From NCBI GenBank assembly GCA_964016885.1, contig OZ024757.1, forward strand, positions 22,878,001 through 22,942,000: 64,000 nucleotides of DNA, given 5' to 3'. Under the pieces are notes generated by a model. It was not told the DNA's origin. It saw only the letters and a program-made list of their open reading frames with translations, and did no database searches. Positions 1 to 11,645 of this stretch are shown here, piece after piece (position 1 is the first letter of the stretch; the number at the start of each line of letters is the position of its first letter). Origin of the DNA: Eledone cirrhosa (taxonomy: Eukaryota). The position numbers were made by a program, and so were the translations under genes.

Positions 1-493
1 TCCATACACACACACACACACAAACATATATATTTATATATTTATATATATCATCATCATCGTTTAACCTCCATTTTCCATACACACACGCACACAAACA
101 TATATATATATTTATATATATCATCATCATCATCGTTTAACCTCCATTTTCCATACACACACACAAACATATATATTTATATATATCATCATCATCATCG
201 TTTAACCTCCATTTTCCATACACACACACAAACATATATATTTATATATATCATCATCATCATCGTTTAACCTCCATTTTCCATACACACACAAACATAT
301 ATATTTATATATTTATATATATCATCATCATCGTTTAACCTCCATTTTACATACACACACACAAACATATATATTTATATATATCATCATCATCATCGTT
401 TAACCTCCATTTTCCATACACACACAAACATATATATTTATATATTTATATATATCATCATCATCGTTTAACTTCCATTTTCCATGCTAGTAT

Positions 494-496
<3 letters not shown>
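1..496. repeat. Tandem array (~8 copies, ~55-70 bp) of an RTE 3' terminus plus CA/TA microsatellite
   Basis: Unit tccatacacac..aaacatatatatttata..tcatcatcatcgtttaacctccattt repeats. Its catcgtttaac.tccattttcca part matches the RTE 3' tails elsewhere in the window. Confidence 0.85.
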
Positions 497-527
<31 letters not shown>

Positions 528-859
528 ATGCTAGTATGGTATATATATATATAAAAGACCTCATGTATTTTTATTCATTTGTATTCAGGATGAAGAGTGA
601 TATAGGAAAGGATTCCTTTCGAAGCTGTTGTTTAAGACAGATGTAAATGAGAGAATTGAATCAGAATCTGGAAACACAATTATATACACACATCAAACTA
701 GTGTGTGTATAGCATTGAATATACACTGGCAGATTTCCAATATTTTCTGGCTAATATTTTGACAAAAATACACACATGTATTATTCTTATAGTCCAGACA
801 CAAATGCTATGAAGTATGTTAACATACAATATATATATATATATATATATATTAATGTA

Positions 860-1162
860 TCATCATCATCATTGTCATTTTACGTCCGCTTTTCCCTGCT
901 TGCAAGGGTGGGACGGGAACTGATTCTGGCTTGATTTCTACAGCTGGATGCCCTTCCTAACACCAACCTCATTTTACAGTGAGTGCTGGGTGCTTTTTTG
1001 CCGTGGCACCTCCACGACCACTTTGCAGTGGAATGATAGGGACCCCAGTCCCTATCATCTCATTTCTACAGCTGAGTAAACTGGGGCAACGTGAAATAAA
1101 GTGTCTTGCTCAAGGAAACAACACATCACCCGGTCTGAGAATTGAACTCACAAGGCCAATGC
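860..1162 (-). mobile_element. tRNA-derived SINE family A (RTE tail), head partly deleted
   Basis: Near-identical reverse complement of 4276-4619, with (CAT)n tail at 860. Confidence 0.85.
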
Positions 1163-1223
1163 TGTTACCAGTAAGTTATGTACCTTCATTAATGTATGTA
1201 TCTATATATATATTGTATATATA

Positions 1224-1273
<50 letters not shown>

Positions 1274-1417
1274 TATATAGTATATATATATATATATATA
1301 TACCATCACCAATATATATATATATAAATGAAAGGTAGAGTTAATAACTCATATGAAACCCTGTAATTAACAAGCTCAAGGTATAAATACTGAGCATTAC
1401 AACAATAATATAGGGCA

Positions 1418-1583
1418 GTGTATTGGCAGTATTGGTAGAGGGTCGGACGCCATGCTTTGCAGCATAGAGTCACGGCCCTTTATGGTCTGAGTTCAAATCC
1501 CGCCGAGGTTAACTTTGCCTTTCATCCTTACGGGGTCGATAAAATAAAGTACCAGTAATGCACTGGGATAATTGCTGGCCTTG
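1418..1583 (+). mobile_element. tRNA-derived SINE family B (inverted, internally deleted twin at ~1620-1733)
   Basis: A-box-like tggcagtattggtagag, B-box gagttcaaatcccgcc, body gcctttcatccttacggggtcgataaaataaagtaccag. More than 10 copies in the window. Confidence 0.85.
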
Positions 1584-1987
1584 ATTTACTGTGTTTATTA
1601 CTACATATATTATTGTTTTAATTATTTCTACTTTTGGCACAAGGCCAGCAATTATCCCAGTGCATTACTGGTACTTTATTTTATCAACCCCATAAGGATG
1701 AAAGGCAAAGTTAACCTCTACCGATACTGCCATTACACCACCCTATATTATTGTTATAAACAGTATTTATACTTTGAGCTTGTTAATTACAGGGTTTCAT
1801 ATCAGTTATTAACTCTACCTTTCATTTATATTTTGGCTCCCTCTCTAGGTGAGCCTATAAGTTGCATGTATTGGACTGTTATTTCTGGCCAATCCACTCA
1901 CACCACTTTTGACTTACGGCACACGAGGTGAAGTATTCATTTTTCTGTGTGACTGTTAGTATTAGGTGTTTGTCGCATTTAATCAGA

Positions 1988-2069
1988 ATCTCTCACTGAT
2001 GATGCCCGTGGATTATCTGTTACAAACACACTCGGCGAAACAGATTAATCCCTAATCTGTCCGAGAGAT
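1988..2069 (+). ncRNA. Type I hammerhead ribozyme motif with full-length stem III
   Basis: atctctc-a-CTGATGA-t-gcc..ggc-GAAA-cagatta-atccc-taatctg-TC-c-gagagat. Stem I 7 bp, stem III 7 bp, GUC triplet at 2059-2061. Confidence 0.85.
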
Positions 2070-2199
2070 GTAATTGTTATTGAGGCAGTCTGTATAATTT
2101 TATTTTTATCATTCTGTCTGCTTCATGATTAAATATTTCAAACAAATGTAGTTCTTCAACCCTCGTAATATTAAACACACGATTTACTGTGTTTATTAC

Positions 2200-2240
<41 letters not shown>

Positions 2241-2420
2241 GTAAAAGAAATCAAAGAATGCCTACATACTCATACAATTTTTATTTGCTGACAATGTTTC
2301 ATCCATACCATGGGGCAGGAATCATCAGAGCTTTATAAACAAAAATACAGTGCTGAGTATAAGCTCTACCAAGCCTAGTCACATGAACATTAGAAATACA
2401 ATATATATCTATATATCTAG

Positions 2421-2489
<69 letters not shown>

Positions 2490-2495
2490 TATATA

Positions 2496-2613
2496 TCATC
2501 ATCATCATCATCACCGTTTTACGTCCGTTCTTCCATGGTAGCATGGGTTAAATGGGTTGTCATGTTGTGGGCAGTGTCCGGTTGGCTGATCATGCCATGC
2601 TCATACGGGAACT
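2496..2613 (-). mobile_element. RTE family A 3' end fragment
   Basis: Matches 40679-40806, with (CAT)n tail. Confidence 0.75.
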
Positions 2614-2761
2614 GATATATATATATCATTAAAACTCTTTTCCTACTATAGTATGCATCATTAAACAAATATATATATTCATTGTACCATATCAATCCTG
2701 CTTGTTGGATTTTTATATACTTTGGCACATATCTATCTATCTATATATATATATATCAATG

Positions 2762-2930
2762 ATATTAATAAATGGAAATTAAATTTATAAAACCATATTT
2801 ATTCTATTATATATATTTGAAGGGTACCAACACTTTGGTATGCTCTCATCAGATAAAATAGAAAGTTTGTTTTATAAATATTGACATAACCAGGAATGAG
2901 ACCTTAACGGTTCAAGTTTCACCTGGATAT
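2762..2930 (-). mobile_element. Penelope-like fragment with degenerate HHR (GAAA mutated to CAAA)
   Basis: Homologous to 33079-33221 and 48555-48700. Minus strand reads ttttat-CTGATGA-gagcatacc..ggtaccctt-CAAA-tatata-ta-atagaa. Confidence 0.65.
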
Positions 2931-3144
2931 GGGGATTCCTGTCAGTGTGTATGTCTTTGTCTATAGGTACTTACCATGAATTTACTTTTGCCTTTGTATC
3001 ACTATGTATTTTTCTCTAAATATAGTTTTTTTTAAAGAATCCCCATTCGTTAAATCCATCAGCCAACGACCTCCCCCCATCCCAATCGCCACCCTCCCCT
3101 GCCACCAGAAAATGTACAAATATTACCATAACACATTGACAGTC

Positions 3145-3196
3145 GGCTTTCCTGATGATTTCCTCCAAATGAAACAGTTCTAGTCCTGTAGAAGCC
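3145..3196 (+). ncRNA. Minimal type I hammerhead ribozyme motif
   Basis: ggcttt-c-CTGATGA-tttcctccaaat-GAAA-cag-ttctagtc-ctg-TA-gaagcc. Confidence 0.75.
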
Positions 3197-3259
3197 ATTT
3201 CTATATTAAATATATATATATTGGAAAATGTGTGAAATCCTTGGTACAGTTAGGTATAT

Positions 3260-3409
3260 TTGAAAGAAGGAGAAAAATGACTTCACTTGTAGTTCTAAAC
3301 AATTTGATTTAATTTTATATTAGATCTACATAACTCATAATATTATATTATAAAATTAAATCAAATTATTTAGAACTATAAGTGAAGTCATTCTTTTCCT
3401 TTTTTCAAT
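3260..3409. repeat. Fold-back inverted repeat (~60-bp arms)
   Basis: aatgacttcacttgtagttctaaacaatttgatttaattttata pairs with tataaaattaaatcaaattatttagaactataagtgaagtcatt. Lies between TA tracts. Confidence 0.85.
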
Positions 3410-3423
3410 TATATATATATATA

Positions 3424-3892
3424 TCATCATCATCATCAACGTTTAACGTCTGTGTTCCACGCTTGCATGAGTTTGGACGGGGGTTTTCCCACTTGAGGCA
3501 AGAGTGATTGTCTTGCTCGCATAGGACTGTCTGGCAGGTTTTCTACAGTTGGATGCCCTTCCTAACACCAACCACATTTACAGTGTGGAACTGGGAGGTT
3601 TTTACCGTGTTGCCTACACGGCCACATTACAGCGTGGACTGTGTGTTTTTTTTGTCGTGACACCTACACGACCTCATTTGTTTCGGCCTGGATGGTGTGG
3701 CACCAACATAACTTTACATAGAAGGGGGTGGTGTTGATGGGGTGAGGGGGGGGTGTATTTTGTTAGAGATGCCTACTGACTGTAGTAGGTTTTACTATGT
3801 ATTTAGGTAAGGCGGGTCTTCTCTATTACTGAGTACCGCCAAAGGTCTCGGTCCAGTGACATTGTCTTGGAGAGGTGTAAGTGTGTGAGGTC
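3424..3892 (-). mobile_element. RTE LINE family C 3' fragment (ORF end plus ~400-bp 3'UTR)
   Basis: Minus strand encodes ...DLTHLHLSKTMSLDRDLWRYSVIEKTRLT*, as in ORF 8277-8843. (CAT)n tail. Confidence 0.85.
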
Positions 3893-4259
3893 AGTGAAAG
3901 AATGAAGAGTAACATGGTTGGTTGTACAACAAGGGGCTTTATTTCAGGTATTGACAATTGTTTCATTGATCAGTTGAGTCTAGAGGTCGCTAATCGCTCT
4001 AAGTTGCGTCGCTCAATCTCCATTACATTATTTACCTCTGACCAAATCTTCAGAATAGATACCTGAAATAAAGCCCCTTGTTGTACAGCCGACCATGTTA
4101 CTCTTCATTCTTTCACTATTATTACTCCAAGTATAACCTGCATAGGAATTACCGCGAAATCGCTGCCTAACCATGGAAACATTTTGTTGAGTTAAACAAA
4201 GCCGTATGTTAAAACTAGCCACGACGCAGAGTACTCACAACCTCTAACTGGATTACCTA
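3893..4259. mobile_element. Penelope-like fold-back element
   Basis: Inverted arms 3893-3951 and 4059-4117 enclose a minus-strand HHR. GAGTACT at 4229, then (TA)n. Confidence 0.7.
3949..4057 (-). ncRNA. Hammerhead ribozyme motif with ~64-nt stem II insertion
   Basis: Minus strand reads tatt-CTGAAGA-t-ttggtcag..ctgatcaa-t-GAAA-c-AATT-g-TC-aata. Loop III is palindromic. Confidence 0.8.
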
Positions 4260-4275
4260 TATATATATATATTGC

Positions 4276-4619
4276 AGGCACATGGCTTAGTGGTTAGAGC
4301 ATTGGCCTTGCAATCGAAAGGTTGTGAGTTCAATTCTCAGACCGGGTGATGTGTTGTTTCCTTGAGCAAGACACTTTATTTCACATTGCTCCAGTTTACT
4401 CACCTGTAGAAATGAGATGATAGGGACTGGGGTCCCTATCATTCCACTGCAAAGTGGTGGTGGAGGTGCCATGGAAAAAAAGCACCCAGCACTCACTGTA
4501 AATGAGGTTGGTGTTAGGAAGGGCATCCAGCTGTAGAAATCAAGCCAGAATCAGTTCCCGTCCCACCCTTGCAAGCAGGGAAAAGCGGACGTAAAATGAA
4601 ATGATGATGATGAATGATG
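4276..4619 (+). mobile_element. Full-length tRNA-derived SINE family A
   Basis: A-box tggcttagtgg, B-box gttcaattc, ccttgagcaagacacttt central motif, perfect hairpin gatagggac-tggg-gtccctatc, RTE-type tail (ATG)n. Confidence 0.9.
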
Positions 4620-4629
4620 ATATATATAG

Positions 4630-4755
4630 TAATAATAATAAATTTGAAAACTAAAATCCAAAGAGGGCTGGATAAGGATAAATATATATCAAATATATAA
4701 GAACCGTAGAGCAAATATTTATTAAAATAACAGATCTGTTATTTTAATAAATATA
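4630..4755 (-). mobile_element. Penelope-like terminal fragment ending in a spacer-less palindrome
   Basis: Homologous to 10682-10792 and 58728-58745. atatttattaaaataacagatctgttattttaataaatat is a perfect palindrome. Confidence 0.6.
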
Positions 4756-5301
4756 TATATATATATATGTATCATATTCCACCTGTGGTGGGGCTGATAA
4801 CCTTGGTAGAACTATATGTGTCAGTGGAAAGATGGTTACAGTGAGATTAGGCAGTGTGACCAGTAATTTTTGTTGTAGGTGACCACTGCTTAAGTTTCCT
4901 TGAAAAATTCACCCAGGTTACAGAGTCAATTATATATGTGTTTGGTGTGTATAGAACAATGAACTAATTAACTACCTACCTCTCACTTCTGTCTTGTTTT
5001 CATTGTTCTACACACACACACACATAATTACACACACATATACATATACATACATTTATATAATTGTATATATATATATATACATTTATATAATTCTATA
5101 TATATATACATTTATATAATTCTATATATATATATATACATTTATATAATTGTATATATATATATATACAGAGAGAGAGAGAGAGAGAGAAAAGGGAAAT
5201 CAGATGTTAAATGATGATGATGTATATGTATATATAATAACATTTAGCAGTATTTAAATTTTTCGGATTACCATAATCAGTGTTGTATTTGTTGCTAATG
5301 T

Positions 5302-5378
5302 CATTATCATCATCATCATCATTATCATCATCATCATCATCATCATCTTCATCATTATCATCATCATCATCATCATCA
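5302..5378. repeat. (CAT)n microsatellite
   Basis: Direct reading. Confidence 0.95.
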
Positions 5379-6636
5379 GGTTGATGGTCTTTTTATTCCA
5401 TCCACCATTGGTTTAGTTACTTGTTAGTATGTGCTGGTTTGCTAAATTCCCTCTCAGCAAAACAAAGAATTCGCAATATTCTTTGAAAACATGCAACAAA
5501 AAGCAAAGACGAAGAGGACACAGGAGCAAAGAGCAATGAATTATCAATAGATTTTCCACAGCTATCACCATGAACGAGGTTCAATGGCTCTTATCAGAAA
5601 ACTTAAAACACCAAAGAGAATATTTTACACCAAAACTTAAAAAGAGCTAAACAGATGAAGGAAAACGAAAAAATATAAAAATATATTTTCAAAACAGAAA
5701 AAAAAAAAAAAAAAAAAAATGGTTTTCTAGTTAATTGCTTCAAAGTAAAGCATTAGACTTTAATCTTCTGTTTTCATGTTTCTAAAACGTTGCTCATCCT
5801 TCTCTTGGCATCTGGAGTTTAATTTTCTAAATTCTTCACCTATTTAGACCTGTCATTCTTCATTAAGCTTCTGTGCATTGTTGCATTGTACTGTGGGGAT
5901 ATAGGATGTAGCTGCCAATACAAAATAAACTGCTTTTATGTGTCTGTTTCATTCTGACGCCAACCTCCCAAAGAAAATTACTTCAAAACTGGAAGAGGTC
6001 ATTTCTAAATTTAGTCAATGATTTACTTAAAACTTAAAAACGTACAAGCAAAACAAAAAATAATTAAACAAATATAAAAATAAATAAATAAATATTGATT
6101 ATCTCCTCCTTTAATAAGAGTGCATTTGTGATAGATGCTATTACAAACACCAGTCTTGTCAAAAAGCTACAAAAAAAAAAACAAACAAAAAGGAATTGAA
6201 TACAATACAATACAAACAACATACAAAAATAACAGAAATTGAATTAAAAGAGTGTATTTGGATTTGTTGCTATGACAGAAGTCCAGCTGGTTTTCATGTT
6301 TAGAGTGTAGAAAGTGTGTTCTGACATGTGTTCTTGGGAGAAATATTGTTAATCACGCTATTGAGTAAACTTTATTGAGAAAGGAGAGGCACTAACTTAC
6401 AGTAGATGTCATCAAAAGTGATGTCTTTGCTTTATTTATCAGCAAAGAGATGAGAGTTGTTCTTAAAGCTTAGCATGGAAAAACACTGCAAGAAGCTTAT
6501 TTTAGTCTAATATTTCTAAATATATAAATATATTATTGCTTTTAGTGTGTGTATGTGTTAAGCTTTTAGTGTATGTGTATGTGTGCGCCTTGTAAATTCA
6601 TGTATGTGTATATGTATAAATCTGTAATATGTGTGG

Positions 6637-6671
<35 letters not shown>

Positions 6672-6929
6672 GTACCGTCTAACCCATGCTAGCGTGGAAG
6701 AACAGACGTAAAACGGTGATGATGATGATGACGTATGCATACACACACATATAAACCTACACACACACATGAGCATACACACACACATAAACATACACAC
6801 ACACATAAACATACACACACACACATAAGCATACACACACACAAACATACACACACATATAAACATACACACACATATAAGTATATATATATATATATAT
6901 ATATAGATATATATATGTATATATATATA

Positions 6930-6987
<58 letters not shown>

Positions 6988-7011
6988 TAGATATATATTT
7001 AATATAGAAAA

Positions 7012-7060
7012 GGCTTCTCCAGGACTAGAACTGTTTCATTCGGGAGAAATCATCAGGAAG

Positions 7061-7062
<2 letters not shown>
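7012..7062 (-). ncRNA. Hammerhead motif, same family as 3145 (U16.1 to G, probably inactive)
   Basis: Minus strand reads ggcttc-CTGATGA-tttctcccgaat-GAAA-cag-ttctagtc-ctg-GA-gaagcc. Isolated within (TA)n. Confidence 0.7.
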
Positions 7063-7133
<71 letters not shown>

Positions 7134-7343
7134 CATATATATACATATACATATATATACATATACATATATATACATATATATACATATATATATATAC
7201 ATACATATACATATATATATATATATATTTTTATATACATATATATACATATATATACATATACATACATATATATACATATATATACATACATATATAT
7301 ATATACATATATATACATATATATATACATACATATATGTATA

Positions 7344-7741
7344 TTGAAGCTCCGACGCCTGGCAACTGACTTGGTAAACACCCACAAAATTGTTAACCAT
7401 GTTGCCAACAACAACCCTGAGTGCCTTTTCGATTTCCATGTGTCTAACACACGTGGACATGCCCACAAAGTAAGAAAACAGCACAGTTCCCATGACTTTC
7501 GGAAACATTTTTTCACGCTCAGAGTTGCTGAAGCATGGAACAAACTACCTGCATCAGTTGTTAGCTGTCGAGACACTGCATCCTTTAAGGCCTCCATGCT
7601 TCCCGAGATCCGCCAACACTACAGCTAACACATACAAACATGTACTTCCCTGGCATTTGTGTATTATTCTATGTACTATATTGACGAGTTGTAGTGCACC
7701 TGAGCACTTTACACAATAATTTCATTATTATTATTATTATT
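7344..7741 (+). mobile_element. CR1-type LINE 3' fragment
   Basis: LRRL..DL..THKI...TRGH..K......[17 protein letters not shown] matches the CR1/L2 ORF2 C-terminal pattern. (TTA)n tail. Confidence 0.85.
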
Positions 7742-8277
7742 ATATATACATATATATATACATATATGTATATATATACATATATATATATACATATATG
7801 TATATATATACATATATATATATACATATATATATACATATATATACATATATGTATATATATACATATACATATATATATACATATATATATATATACG
7901 GGGGACACACATATATTCCTGCGTATACATAATCAGGTACAATAGTTTGTGTGTGTTTGTGTGTGTGAGCTTATGTAGATTCAATGAATCTAAAACAGAG
8001 ACACATTTAGAGGCACATACATACACACATACATACATACACACATACATACATGCATACCTACACATACCTAAGTACATACATACATGCACACATGCCA
8101 GACTACATATATATTTACATACATATACACATACATGCATGGTTAGATGGGTGGGAGGAAGGAAGTAAGGAAATAGAGAAGGATAGATTGCTTATTAAAT
8201 AGATTGGTAAGTAGATGGCTATATAGACAAAGACAAACAAACAGTTATATATATATGGAGAGAGATACATACATAGA

Positions 8278-8325
<48 letters not shown>

Positions 8326-8326
8326 C

Positions 8327-8890
8327 AGTAGCTAGAGTCAGAACTGGTTGGAAAAAGTTCAGAGAGCTTATACCACTATTAGCTGCTAAAGGGTTCTCCC
8401 TAAAAATGAAAGGCAGGTTGTACGATGCCTGCATACGAACAGCAATGTTGCATGGCAGTGAGACCTGGGCATTGTGTGCAGAGGATATACGCAGACTAGA
8501 GAGGAACGAAGCTTGCATGCTCCGCTGGATGTGTAACAGTAATATACGTGAACGGCAAAGCATAAACGAACTAAGGAAAAAATTAGAAATAAGAGGAATC
8601 AGATGTTGTTTACTCGAGAGAAGGCTACGTTGGTATGGACACGTGATGCGCATGAAAGTCGATAGCTGTATAACAAAGTGCAGGGCAATAAAGATAGACG
8701 GTAGCCACGGAATAGGCAGACCTAGAAAAACCTGGGACAAGCTGATAAACTCCGACCTCACACACTTACACCTCTCCAAGACAATGTCACTGGACCGAGA
8801 CCTTTGGCGGTACTCAGTAACAGAGAAGACCCGCCTTACCTAAATACATAGTAAAACCTACTACAGCCAGTAGGCATCTCTAACAAAATC
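8327..8890 (+). mobile_element. RTE LINE family C 3' fragment (RT C-terminal region)
   Basis: ARVRTGWKKFREL...LHGSETW...RRLRWYGHVMRM...GRPRKTW motifs. Confidence 0.9.
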
Positions 8891-8989
8891 ATCATCATCA
8901 ACGTTAAACGTTGATGATGATGATGATGATTGATCCTAAGTTGTGTTGGGGTAACCACAGCCCTGTAGAAGCCTTTTCTGTATAAACCG

Positions 8990-9076
<87 letters not shown>

Positions 9077-9111
9077 TATATTTATATATATAAAAGTTTT
9101 AATATAGATGA

Positions 9112-9160
9112 GATTTTACAGGACTAGAACTGTTTCATTCTTTAGAAATCATCAGGAATC
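9112..9160 (-). ncRNA. Minimal hammerhead motif (left arm)
   Basis: Minus strand reads gattc-CTGATGA-tttctaaagaat-GAAA-cag-ttctagtc-ctg-TA-aaatc. Confidence 0.7.
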
Positions 9161-9183
9161 TGATGATTTCTAAAGAATCTGAT

Positions 9184-9232
9184 GAATCCTGATGATTTCT
9201 AAAGAATGAAACAGTTCTAGTCCTGTAGAATC
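9184..9232 (+). ncRNA. Minimal hammerhead motif (right arm)
   Basis: CTGATGA(9189)-tttctaaagaat-GAAA-cag-ttctagtc-ctg-TA-gaatc. The 5' side of stem I is disturbed by the junction. Confidence 0.65.
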
Positions 9233-9342
9233 TCATCTATATTAAAACTTTTATACTCTGCTATGTATTGAGTACCTTACTTACTGTGGTCACCTCCGAT
9301 TCAACCCGGAATTACGTATATATATATATATATATATATATA

Positions 9343-9894
<552 letters not shown>

Positions 9895-10129
9895 AAGAGA
9901 GAGAGAGAGAGATCAATTGATAGATTATAGATAGATATCCCAATTTCCAGAGTTTCCCATGTAATATCTAGAGTGCACATAACCTTTCCACAATCCCAGT
10001 CATCATACTAACATAAGGTTAGTCAGGGAAAACATGAAGTATTATTCACCTGCTTGGAATAAACCATTCTTTCTTTTTATAGCCATCTCCATAAATTTGA
10101 ATAAATGAAAGATAGGTGAGCAATGTTAT

Positions 10130-10335
10130 CTCTTTATATTTATTATCTGTTAATTTATATATTGTATGTTTGAATGTCTTGTTTGTTAATATATATTGTA
10201 TGTGTATATATCTTGTATGTTTAAATGTATTGTCTGTTGATATATATTGAATGTGTATATATATTTTATGTTTAAATGTATTGTCTGTTAATATATGTTG
10301 TATGTGCATATATATGTTCTATTTAAATGTATTCT
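10130..10335. repeat. Degenerate ~48-bp tandem repeat (~4 copies)
   Basis: Recurring tgtttaaatgtattgtctgtt.atatat.ttg.atgtg.atatat. Confidence 0.75.
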
Positions 10336-10506
10336 ATTTGTATTTTTATTGTCTTTTTAAATTTATTGTCCCTTATAGTAGTTGTTTTTTCTTTAATTCT
10401 ACACTTAAACAAATTAACATTTTGTAAAACAAAATCTTAAAAAAACTACCTCCAAAAATGCAAATTCCAATATATCATATTACGTCTGTCTTTCCATGCT
10501 TGCATG

Positions 10507-10557
<51 letters not shown>

Positions 10558-10681
10558 CTATATATATATATATCTATATCTATATATATATATCTATATA
10601 TATATCTATATATCTATATCTATATATCTATATCTATATCTATATATCTATATCTATATATATATATCTATATATATATAG

Positions 10682-10868
10682 TAATAATAATAAATATGAA
10701 GACTAAAATCCAAAGAGGGCTCGATAAGGATAATATATATATATATCAAAATATATAAAACCATAGAGCAAATATTTATTTAAATAACAGATTAAAGTTT
10801 AAGCAAAGAATCGCTGCTTTCACCCTTAACAGGATTCTTTGCTTAAACTTTAATCTGTTATTTTAATA
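10682..10868 (-). mobile_element. Penelope-like terminal fragment with fold-back
   Basis: Homologous to 4630 and 58728. Arms aaataacagattaaagtttaagcaaagaatc / gattctttgcttaaactttaatctgttattt. Confidence 0.65.
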
Positions 10869-11065
10869 TCATCATCATCTTCGTTTAACGTCCATTTTCC
10901 ACGCTAGCATGGGTTAGACGGGAGTTGTCCCACTTGAGGCAAGGTTGGTCGGGTGACCGTGTCTCGCTCATATAGGACTATATGGCGGGTTTTCTACGGC
11001 TGGATGCTTTTCCTAACACCAACCACATTTACTGTGTGGAACTGGGAACTTTTTACCATGTTACC
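10869..11065 (-). mobile_element. RTE family C 3'UTR fragment
   Basis: Reverse complement of ~21030-21229. Confidence 0.8.
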
Positions 11066-11282
11066 TATATATATATCATTACCATTTAACATCTAATTTA
11101 CATGCCTGCATTGGTTAGACAAGTTGTTACATTATGAGGTTAACCAAGCCAGATGACCCTGTCTTACAATTGTTTTACTTGGTGTTCTGTGGTTGACTGC
11201 CCTTCCTATTGCCAACCACCTTACATGGTGGATGGGAGATTTTTCTATGGCATCAGTATGACCACCATACACACTGAACTCT

Positions 11283-11645
11283 ATGCTTTTTGTTGTTGGG
11301 GCACCATCCTTACAAACACACAGGGTGGACTGGGTGCTTTTTGTTGTTGGGGCACCATCCCTACCAACAAACAGGGTGGACTGGGTGCTTTTTGCTGTTG
11401 GGTCAGCATCCCTGCCAACAAACAGGGTGGAGTTGGTGCTTTTTGTTGTTGGGGCACCATCCCTACCAACAAACAGGGTGGAGTGGGTGCTTTTTGTTGT
11501 TGGGTCAGCATCCCTACCAACAAACAGGGTGGAGTGGGTGCTTTTTGTTGTTGGGTCAGCATCCCTACCAACAAAGAGGGTGGAGTGGGTGCTTTTTGTT
11601 GTTGGGTCAGCATCCCTACCAACAAACAGGGTGGAGTGGGTGCAT
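11283..11645. repeat. 60-bp minisatellite (~6 copies)
   Basis: Unit gtgctttttgttgttgggtcagcatccctaccaacaaacagggtggagtgg. Contains the RTE 3'UTR-like motif tggactgggtgcttttt. Confidence 0.9.

Larger units (their letters stand above)
1322..2206 (+). mobile_element. Penelope-like non-autonomous element with inverted duplication, captured SINE and hammerhead
   Basis: Inverted arms 1322-1583 and 1639-1830. Direct repeat gatttactgtgtttattactacata at 1583 and 2181. HHR at 1988. Flanked by (TA)n. Confidence 0.65.
9089..9316. mobile_element. Penelope-like fold-back element with two opposed HHRs
   Basis: Arms 9089-9160 and 9186-9255. 3' end with GAGTACC (9270) then (TA)n. Confidence 0.75.

Noticed and set aside
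585-715. atgaaga...gaag plus small hairpins resembling an HHR
   Set aside because: Both core motifs are mismatched and no stem I or III can be drawn.
4276-4345. tRNA gene-like sequence
   Set aside because: It is a SINE head. No acceptor stem could be drawn, and it continues into the SINE body in multiple copies.
5873-5890. miR-33-like sequence gtgcattgttgcattgta
   Set aside because: It lacks three internal bases of miR-33 as I recall it, and no pre-miRNA hairpin partner is visible.
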